In this document: piece after piece, positions 57,302-64,000 of the stretch
Position numbering within the stretch: position 1 is the first letter of the stretch
Layout of the letters: each line of letters opens with the position of its first letter
Source: Bacteroidales bacterium UBA1402
Lineage (GTDB): Bacteria > Bacteroidota > Bacteroidia > Bacteroidales > UBA1402
DNA length: 64,000 nucleotides
Direction of reading: 5' to 3'
NCBI GenBank assembly: GCA_002305085.1
Contig: DBQE01000006.1
Coordinates: forward strand, 7,061 to 71,060
Position numbers and translations under genes: made by a program
Notes under the pieces: generated by a model
Seen by the model: only the letters and a program-made list of their open reading frames with translations
Databases searched by the model: none
What the model was told of the DNA's origin: nothing

Positions 57302-58855
57302 ATGAGTAATCAACTGGAAAAAGTAAAAGAATTAATTGCTTTCCGCGAACAAGCTCGTTTGGGCGGCGGAATAAAAGCGATCGAAAAACAGCATGCCAAA
57401 GGGAAATATACTGCTCGTGAGCGTATCAACATGCTTTTGGACGAAGGCAGTTTCGAAGAGTTCGATATGTTTGTAAAACATCGTTGTACCAATTTCGATC
57501 AGGACAAGAAACATTTTTTAGGCGATGGAGTGGTAACCGGTTACGGAACCATCGAAGGTCGTCTGGTGTATGTTTTTGCCCAGGACTTTACCGTCTTTGG
57601 AGGTTCCTTATCGGAAACCATGTCGCTGAAAATTTGTAAAGTAATGGATCAGGCCATGAAGATGGGCGCTCCGGTTATCGGGATCAACGACTCGGGCGGT
57701 GCCCGTATTCAGGAGGGTATCAATGCCCTGGCCGGTTACGGCGAAATTTTTGAACGCAATATTCTGGCTTCGGGTGTCATCCCTCAAATTTCCGGCATTT
57801 TTGGTCCCTGTGCAGGCGGAGCCGTATATTCTCCTGCATTGACCGATTTTACCCTGATGACCAAGGGAACGTCCTATATGTTTTTGACCGGTCCCAAAGT
57901 GGTAAAAACAGTGACGGGCGAAGATGTTACTCAGGAAGAACTCGGAGGTGCCTCAATACACGCAACCAAGTCGGGAGTAACCCATTTTGCCGTAGATAAC
58001 GAAGAAGAGGGCATCGCTCTGATAAGGAAACTACTTGGTTATATTCCTCAGAATAATCTTGAAGAAGCCCCAATGAAGGATTGCACCGATCCCATCGATC
58101 GCCTGGAAGATTCCTTGAACGATATTATCCCCGACAGCCCCAACAAACCCTACGATATGTACGAGGTGATAGGTGCCGTGGTAGACAATGGGGAGTTTTT
58201 AGAAGTACATAAAGATTATGCCAGGAATATAATCATCGGTTTTGCCCGTTTCAACGGACAATCGGTGGGTATAGTGGCCAATCAGCCCAAAATGCTGGCC
58301 GGTGTACTCGACTGCAATGCCTCCAGAAAAGGAGCCCGTTTTGTTCGCTTTTGCGATGCCTTCAACATTCCTATTGTGAGTTTGGTTGACGTGCCCGGAT
58401 TTTTGCCCGGTACCGGCCAGGAATACGGTGGTGTGATTATACACGGAGCAAAGCTGCTGTACGCTTATGGAGAAGCAACGGTGCCCAAGGTGACTGTAAC
58501 CTTGCGCAAATCCTACGGAGGAGCTCATATTGTGATGAGTTGCAAACAATTGCGCGGCGATATTAATTATGCTTGGCCAACGGCCGAAATTGCCGTTATG
58601 GGAGCTTCAGGTGCTGTTGAAGTTTTGTACGCCAAGGAAGTGGCCGCCGCCGAAGATCCCGCTAAACTGGTTGCCGAAAAAGAGGCTGAATACAGCGAAG
58701 CTTTTCAGAATCCCTACAAAGCCGCTCAATATGGTTACATTGATGATGTAATCGAACCCAGAAACACACGTTTCCGCGTCATCAGAGCTTTGCAGCAGCT
58801 GCAAACCAAAAAATTGACCAATCCTGCCAAAAAACACGGTAACATTCCCTTGTAA
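57302..58855 (+). CDS. mmdA: Methylmalonyl-CoA decarboxylase alpha subunit / acyl-CoA carboxyltransferase
   Basis: 517 aa. [34 protein letters not shown], and GGAYDVM-like [10 protein letters not shown] motifs of the carboxyltransferase family. Confidence 0.92.
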   Translation: MSNQLEKVKELIAFREQARLGGGIKAIEKQHAKGKYTARERINMLLDEGSFEEFDMFVKHRCTNFDQDKKHFLGDGVVTGYGTIEGRLVYVFAQDFTVFGGSLSETMSLKICKVMDQAMKMGAPVIGINDSGGARIQEGINALAGYGEIFERNILASGVIPQISGIFGPCAGGAVYSPALTDFTLMTKGTSYMFLTGPKVVKTVTGEDVTQEELGGASIHATKSGVTHFAVDNEEEGIALIRKLLGYIPQNNLEEAPMKDCTDPIDRLEDSLNDIIPDSPNKPYDMYEVIGAVVDNGEFLEVHKDYARNIIIGFARFNGQSVGIVANQPKMLAGVLDCNASRKGARFVRFCDAFNIPIVSLVDVPGFLPGTGQEYGGVIIHGAKLLYAYGEATVPKVTVTLRKSYGGAHIVMSCKQLRGDINYAWPTAEIAVMGASGAVEVLYAKEVAAAEDPAKLVAEKEAEYSEAFQNPYKAAQYGYIDDVIEPRNTRFRVIRALQQLQTKKLTNPAKKHGNIPL

Positions 58856-58857
58856 TT

Positions 58858-59724
58858 ATGAAGATACGAATCGGTTTTTTTGTTTTAATAACGTTTCTGA
58901 GTACTGTGCTTTATGCCCAGGTGACCCGGGTCTGTTTCAATGAAGTTTTGATAAACAACAAAACAAATTTCATTGATGAATATGGTCAAAGGTCGGCGTG
59001 GTTTGAATTATTCAACGCCTCGTACGGTATAGTCGACATTGGCGGCTGTTATTTAAGTAACGACCGGAACAATCCCACTATGTATATGATACCTAAGGGA
59101 GACGTCCTGACCAAAATTCAACAACGTCAGCACGTCTTGTTTTATGCCGACGGTACACCGCATAAAGGTAATTTTTATGTCAATTTCACCCTCGACACTG
59201 CCAGTGTAAACGTTTTGTACTTTTTTAACGCTGACGGTAAAAGCTTAATCGACAGTGTGGTCGTTCCGATATTGCCTGCCGACCTTAGCTATGCCCGTAC
59301 TATCGACGGCGAAGAAAACTGGGAGATTATGCGTCGCGTCACCCCCAGCACCAACAACCTTACTTTGGATAGGAATGAAAAAGTAGAAAAGTTTGCAAAG
59401 AATGACCCCTATGGTATAGGGATGACTCTTTCGGCGATTTCTGTTGTTTTTTCCGTATTGGTGTTGCTATCCCTCTTTTTTTACTGGTTTGCCATAGTTT
59501 TCCGTAAGGTCACAGCGAAACCTAAAAAAACAGGTATACTTCGGAGTCCTGTGAGAGCTGACGAAATTCCGGGTGAGGTTATTGCTGCGATTTCTGCTGC
59601 TCTGTATGAATTAGATAACGATGTTCACGATATTGAACATACAATCATCACCATTGAACGTACAAGAAGAACTTATTCTCCGTGGAGTTCAAAGATTTAT
59701 GGCTTGCGCAGACTGCCACAATAA
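58858..59724 (+). CDS. Lamin-tail-domain (LTD) fused to an OadG-like decarboxylase gamma/delta membrane subunit
   Basis: Signal/TM N-terminus. LTD-like CFNEVLINNKTNFIDEYGQRSAWFELFN...IGGCYLSND. Then the OadG-like TM GIGMTLSAISVVFSVLVLLSLFFYWFAIVF and IPGEVIAAISAALYEL. Sits between mmdA and the biotin carrier. Confidence 0.7.
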   Translation: MKIRIGFFVLITFLSTVLYAQVTRVCFNEVLINNKTNFIDEYGQRSAWFELFNASYGIVDIGGCYLSNDRNNPTMYMIPKGDVLTKIQQRQHVLFYADGTPHKGNFYVNFTLDTASVNVLYFFNADGKSLIDSVVVPILPADLSYARTIDGEENWEIMRRVTPSTNNLTLDRNEKVEKFAKNDPYGIGMTLSAISVVFSVLVLLSLFFYWFAIVFRKVTAKPKKTGILRSPVRADEIPGEVIAAISAALYELDNDVHDIEHTIITIERTRRTYSPWSSKIYGLRRLPQ

Positions 59725-59748
59725 TATTTACTATAAAATCAAGTATAA

Positions 59749-60177
59749 ATGAAAGAGTTTAAATACAACATTCAGGGTTTTCAGTATAAAGTTGAAATTA
59801 TCAATGAACAAAAAAATTTGATTGAGCTTGAAGTTAACGGGACACCTTATACAGTTCAAATAGAGCGTCCGGAAAAAAGCAAACTGATCACTACTAAACC
59901 TGCTGCGGCTCCTGTTACTCCCGAGGGGACACCGGTAGTGGCTCAGGCAAAAACAAAAAGTCCCGGAGGGGCCGTAAAATCTCCTTTACCCGGAGTAATT
60001 TTGAGTGTTAATGTCAAAGTGGGCGATCAGGTTAAAATTGGCTCAAAATTATTGGTGCTGGAAGCAATGAAGATGGAAAATACTATTTCTAGCGACCGAG
60101 ACGGAAAAGTGTTGGAAATAAAAGTAGAAAAAGGGGCCTCTGTGCTCGAAGGTGCTGAACTGGTAATTATAGGTTGA
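59749..60177 (+). CDS. mmdC: Biotin carboxyl carrier subunit of the decarboxylase
   Basis: Ala/Pro linker and biotinylation motif LVLEAMKMENTI. Confidence 0.9.
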   Translation: MKEFKYNIQGFQYKVEIINEQKNLIELEVNGTPYTVQIERPEKSKLITTKPAAAPVTPEGTPVVAQAKTKSPGGAVKSPLPGVILSVNVKVGDQVKIGSKLLVLEAMKMENTISSDRDGKVLEIKVEKGASVLEGAELVIIG

Positions 60178-60178
60178 T

Positions 60179-61336
60179 ATGGGAGATTTTTTGCAATTTT
60201 TAGGCGAGAATATTAAAGAATTTCTCACATATACCGGTTTCGCCAATGCGACTTCGGGACATTTGATTATGATACTGGTGGGCTTGGTATTCATTTATCT
60301 TGCCGTACGTCACGAATTTGAGCCCATGTTGTTGATACCTATAGGTTTTGGGATGTTAATCGGTAATATTCCCTTCAAAGAAGTGGGTCTCGAGTTGGGT
60401 ATTTACGAGGAAGGCTCCGTGCTTAATATTTTGCATCAAGGCGTTCTCAAGGGCTGGTATCCGCCATTGGTCTTCCTTGGTATTGGAGCCATGACAGACT
60501 TTTCGTCGCTTATTTCCAATCCCAAACTGATGCTCGTAGGGGCAGCTGCTCAAATCGGTATATTTGCTTCTTACTCTTTGGCACTCAGTTTGGGATTTGA
60601 CCCCAAACAAGCTGCAGCCATCGGTATTATTGGGGGTGCTGATGGTCCTACGGCAATATTTCTTTCGTCAAAACTGGCACCCAACTTTTTGGGAGCTATA
60701 GCCGTTTCGGCCTATTCATATATGGCCTTGGTTCCTGTGATTCAAAAACCGGTTATGCGATTGCTGACCACAAAGAAGGAAAGGGTCATCCGGATGAAAC
60801 CTCCACGTATAGTTTCTTCTACCGAAAAAATTGTTTTCCCGATTGCCGGTTTGTTGATGACTGCATTTATGGTTCCTTCGGGTTTGCCCTTGCTGGGTAT
60901 GCTCTTTTTAGGAAATTTACTCAAAGAAAGCGGTGTAACAAGACGTTTGGCCGAGACCGCAAGAGGTCCGCTGATTGATACTATCACCATATTATTGGGT
61001 TTGACGGTAGGAGCTTCTACTCAGGCTTCGCAATTCCTTACTTGGGATTCAATAAAAATATTCACTCTTGGAGCTTTCTCCTTTATTATTGCTACAGCCG
61101 GCGGTGTTCTTTTTGTGAAATTATTCAATTTGTTTCTTTCCAAAGACAGCAAAATCAATCCTTTAATAGGAAATGCAGGAGTGTCTGCCGTCCCCGCTTC
61201 TGCAAGAATTTCCCAAGTGATGGGATTAAAATACGATCCCAAAAATTATTTATTGATGCACGCCATGGGTCCCAATGTGGCAGGTGTTATCGGGTCGGCA
61301 GTGGCTGCGGGTGTTTTGCTCGGATTTTTGGGCTAA
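60179..61336 (+). CDS. mmdB: Na+-translocating decarboxylase beta subunit (OadB/MmdB family)
   Basis: 385 aa polytopic membrane protein. IGIIGGADGPTAIF and GNAGVSAVPASARI motifs are typical of OadB/GcdB/MmdB. Confidence 0.92.
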   Translation: MGDFLQFLGENIKEFLTYTGFANATSGHLIMILVGLVFIYLAVRHEFEPMLLIPIGFGMLIGNIPFKEVGLELGIYEEGSVLNILHQGVLKGWYPPLVFLGIGAMTDFSSLISNPKLMLVGAAAQIGIFASYSLALSLGFDPKQAAAIGIIGGADGPTAIFLSSKLAPNFLGAIAVSAYSYMALVPVIQKPVMRLLTTKKERVIRMKPPRIVSSTEKIVFPIAGLLMTAFMVPSGLPLLGMLFLGNLLKESGVTRRLAETARGPLIDTITILLGLTVGASTQASQFLTWDSIKIFTLGAFSFIIATAGGVLFVKLFNLFLSKDSKINPLIGNAGVSAVPASARISQVMGLKYDPKNYLLMHAMGPNVAGVIGSAVAAGVLLGFLG

Positions 61337-61376
61337 TGTTTATTCCTTTGGGGAAAATACCATAACCAGTATTCTC

Positions 61377-61414
61377 GAGAGAGTGTTCTTACAAAAAGGC
61401 ACTCTCTTTTTTTT
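61377..61414 (+). terminator. Rho-independent terminator after mmdB
   Basis: agagagtg (61378-61385) pairs with cactctct (61400-61407), followed by a T-run to 61414. Confidence 0.75.
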
Positions 61415-61508
61415 GAGTATTACCCGACATCTTACTCGTTACATCGGATTAGGTTGCCTGTTAATATAAATTGTTCATAATTATTATTTGTTTAAAACGA
61501 TTTAGATT

Positions 61509-61516
61509 TATATTTG
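61509..61516 (+). promoter_or_regulatory. -7 box TATATTTG upstream of the DapA-family gene
   Basis: Exact TAnnTTTG match. It implies a ~120-nt leader before the ATG at 61645. Confidence 0.4.
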
Positions 61517-61644
61517 TAAGATTTTCTTTAAAAATACGACGGAGGTCAAACCGGAAAGACGGCAGCTCTCCCAACCGTATTCGTATATTGAGAATAGGGC
61601 AGGAGACCATTAAACATTTAATTCAATAATAATAAAATAGAACT

Positions 61645-62565
61645 ATGGGAAATGTGCATATTCAGGGTATTATACCTCCTATGATTACTCCTCTCGAGGA
61701 TATGAACAGCCTCGATGTTCCGGGTTTGGAAAAATTGGTCGAACATATTTTATCGGGCGGAGTTCATGGTTTGTTTATTTTAGGGACTACCGGCGAGGCT
61801 CAAAGTCTGAGTTATGAACTTCGTCACGAGTTGATAGAACGGGTTTGCCGTCAGGTGGGAAAACGAGTTCCGGTGTTGGTGGGTATTTCCGACACTTCTT
61901 TGGTGGAAAGTATGCATTTGGCCGAAAAAGCTTTTGCCGAAGGAGCTACGGCAGTAGTATCGGCTCCGCCTTATTATTACGCTCCGGCTCAGCAGGAATT
62001 GATCGATTTTTATCAGAGCCTGGCCGATGTTTTGCCTCTGCCTTTGTTTTTGTACAATATGCCTTCGCATGTCAAGGTAAAAATAGAACCCGCCACGCTC
62101 AAAACCATAGCGCAACACCCCAATGTGATCGGTCTTAAGGATAGTTCCTCCGATATGGTGTATTTCCATTCCCTGATACAGATCATGAAAGACAAAGCGG
62201 ATTTTTCCCTGTTGGTAGGCCCTGAAGAATTGACGGCCGAAGCGGTACTTTTGGGGGCCGACGGCGGAGTAAACGGTGGAGCCAACATGTTCCCCTCGCT
62301 TTATGTAAACATGTATAAGGCAGCAAAATCACGCGATTTGGATACCGTTCTTGCCCTGCAACAGCAAATAATGTATATAAGCAACAGTATATACAAAATC
62401 GGCAAGTACGGTTCCAGTTATTTAAAGGGAGTCAAATGTACCTGTTCCCTGCTGGGCCTTTGCAGCGATTACATGGCTCTGCCTTTTCAACGCTTCAATG
62501 CACCTGAAAGAAAACGGGTAGGGCAAATTTTAGAAAACCTGGGCCATACAGTGATCAATCCCTGA
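61645..62565 (+). CDS. DapA/NanA-family class I aldolase (dihydrodipicolinate synthase family lyase)
   Basis: GIIPPMITPL...GVHGLFILGTTGEAQSLS...VLVGISDTS...YYYAP... and the Schiff-base Lys context VIGLKDSS. Confidence 0.85.
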   Translation: MGNVHIQGIIPPMITPLEDMNSLDVPGLEKLVEHILSGGVHGLFILGTTGEAQSLSYELRHELIERVCRQVGKRVPVLVGISDTSLVESMHLAEKAFAEGATAVVSAPPYYYAPAQQELIDFYQSLADVLPLPLFLYNMPSHVKVKIEPATLKTIAQHPNVIGLKDSSSDMVYFHSLIQIMKDKADFSLLVGPEELTAEAVLLGADGGVNGGANMFPSLYVNMYKAAKSRDLDTVLALQQQIMYISNSIYKIGKYGSSYLKGVKCTCSLLGLCSDYMALPFQRFNAPERKRVGQILENLGHTVINP

Positions 62566-62588
62566 AATCAATCCAATAAGCTATATTC

Positions 62589-64000
62589 ATGACTACCGAT
62601 ATTACCATACTCGATTACATTGTTTTTATTGCCTTCCTGGTGGGCATAGTTTTATTTGGCTCTTCTTTTTATTTCCGGAATAAAAAGAAGCAATCTACCG
62701 ACCATTTTACGGTTGCGGGCGGCAATTTGCCGTCCTGGGTGGTTGGAATGTCCATCTTTGCCACTTTTGTAAGCAGTATCAGTTTCCTGGGATATCCCGG
62801 CGAAGCCTATACCAACAACTGGAGTCCTTTTGTTTTCAGCCTGTCCATACCCATCGCCACCTGGTTGGCTGCCAAACTGTTTGTACCGCTTTATCGCAGT
62901 ATGAACAGCGCCTCGGCTTATCATTACTTGGAAGTAAGATTCGGCTATTGGGCCAGGGCCTACGTGGCTATTTGTTATTTATTGACGCAATTGACCAGGA
63001 TGGGGTCTATTTTGTTTTTGTTGGCTCTGCCGCTCAATTTTATGCTGGGCTGGAGTGTCCCCGTCCTTATATTGGTGACCGGCATTTCGGTCTTGATTTT
63101 TTCGTCGTTGGGTGGTATTTCGGCGGTCGTTTGGACCGATGCCATTCAGGGTATAATTTTGATAGTTGGTGCTTTAGCTTGTGCTATTTTACTAACGGTA
63201 AGTATTCCCGGTGGTTTTTCGGGCTTGATAGAGGTGGGTTCGCAATACGAAAAATTCAGCTTGGGCAGCCTGAGCTGCAGTCTAAGTGAGCCTACCTTTT
63301 GGGTTCTGTTGATTTACGGCTTGTTTATTAACCTGCAAAATTTTGGGATAGACCAAAATTATATCCAACGTTATATGACTGCCAAGGATAATCGCAGTGC
63401 CCAAAAATCTACTTTGCTTGGCGGTATGCTGTATGTTCCTGTTTCTTTGGTGTTTGTGTATATCGGAACGGCCTTGTTCGTTTACTATAAAACCAAAGGT
63501 GTGCTGCCCGAAGGAGTCAGCGGAGATCAGGTTTTCCCTTATTACATTGTTCATGCTCTGCCTACGGGAGTTAGCGGTCTGCTTATTGCCAGTATTATGG
63601 CAGCGGGTATGAGCACTGTTTCCACCAGCCTGAACAGTTCCTCTACAGTGATACTGACCGACTTCTACCAAAGAATACGTAAGCGTAAGGCTAGCGAAAA
63701 AGAAGGGATGAAGGTACTGTATATTTCAAGTGTTGTCGTAGGCATACTGGGTATGGTAATAGCTTTGTTGATGATGAGAGTCGACGGAGTGTTAACGGCC
63801 TGGTGGAAACTGGCTTCCATTTTTAGTGGGGGAATGCTGGGCTTGTTTTTACTGGGCTTTTTGAGCAAAACGGTCAAAAACCCGGCAGCTATAGCCGGCG
63901 TGGTGGCCGGTTTGCTGGTGATTGCCTGGATGAGCCTGAGCCCCTACCTTTTTACCGAAGGGGCCTTGGTAAAGTATAAATGCAATTTGCATGGCAATCT
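62589..64000 (+). CDS. Sodium:solute symporter (SSS/SLC5 family); C-terminus beyond the right window edge
   Basis: Not in the ORF track because it is edge-truncated. Hand translation from the ATG at 62589 gives MTTDITILDYIVFIAFLVGIVLFGSSFYFRNKKKQSTDHFTVAGGNLPSWVVGMSIFATFVSSISFLGYPGEAY... It stays open to 64000, is multi-TM, and carries WTDAIQG and GIDQNYIQRYMTAK motifs. Confidence 0.88.
   Translation, partial: MTTDITILDYIVFIAFLVGIVLFGSSFYFRNKKKQSTDHFTVAGGNLPSWVVGMSIFATFVSSISFLGYPGEAYTNNWSPFVFSLSIPIATWLAAKLFVPLYRSMNSASAYHYLEVRFGYWARAYVAICYLLTQLTRMGSILFLLALPLNFMLGWSVPVLILVTGISVLIFSSLGGISAVVWTDAIQGIILIVGALACAILLTVSIPGGFSGLIEVGSQYEKFSLGSLSCSLSEPTFWVLLIYGLFINLQNFGIDQNYIQRYMTAKDNRSAQKSTLLGGMLYVPVSLVFVYIGTALFVYYKTKGVLPEGVSGDQVFPYYIVHALPTGVSGLLIASIMAAGMSTVSTSLNSSSTVILTDFYQRIRKRKASEKEGMKVLYISSVVVGILGMVIALLMMRVDGVLTAWWKLASIFSGGMLGLFLLGFLSKTVKNPAAIAGVVAGLLVIAWMSLSPYLFTEGALVKYKCNLHGN

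Noticed and set aside
1-64000. Searched for CRISPR arrays, tRNA/rRNA genes, transposases, integrases, phage genes, toxin-antitoxin modules and known defence-system signatures.
   Set aside because: None was recognised. There are no spaced direct-repeat arrays, no cloverleaf-like conserved tRNA motifs in the intergenic gaps, and no DDE or tyrosine-recombinase motifs in any ORF.

Overview
The window looks like a Bacteroidota (Bacteroidales-like) chromosomal segment. Supporting signs are SusC/SusD pairs, a T9SS C-terminal sorting domain, TAnnTTTG -7 promoter boxes, a ribosomal cluster without tuf between fusA and rpsJ, and a Na+-pumping methylmalonyl-CoA decarboxylase operon. It divides into three blocks.

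(1) 1-28.3 kb is an accessory glycan locus. It starts with an edge-truncated GH127 and a 1467-aa T9SS-secreted protein carrying three LamG and two CBM-like modules. Across a 405-bp control region with dyad-symmetric GTGGA sites lies a divergent PUL with two SusC/SusD pairs and three fasciclin (FAS1) lipoproteins, and no hydrolase I can recognise. A hybrid two-component regulator and a PAP2 phosphatase follow.

(2) 28.3-50.3 kb is core and ordinary: yceD-rpmF, era, der, a DUF3467 gene, then a complete str-S10-spc-alpha cluster from rpsL to rplQ, including secY, map, infA, rpmJ and rpoA. The one oddity is a long repetitive acidic tail on L17.

(3) 50.3-64 kb is mixed:
- a secreted beta-propeller GH-like protein;
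- a two-gene operon on the minus strand (membrane-anchored coiled-coil protein plus an MG2-like giant);
- a divergent pair (RbsD/FucU-like protein plus a divergent NDK-fold protein);
- the mce-mmdA-(LTD-OadG)-mmdC-mmdB operon;
- a DapA-family lyase with an edge-truncated sodium:solute symporter.

I saw no rRNA, tRNA, CRISPR array, transposase or integrase. The best candidates for undescribed biology are the FAS1-rich, hydrolase-free PUL with its T9SS LamG partner and symmetric operator-like sites, and the RbsD-like/NDK-like gene pair. All family calls come from motif recognition by eye, not from database searches.
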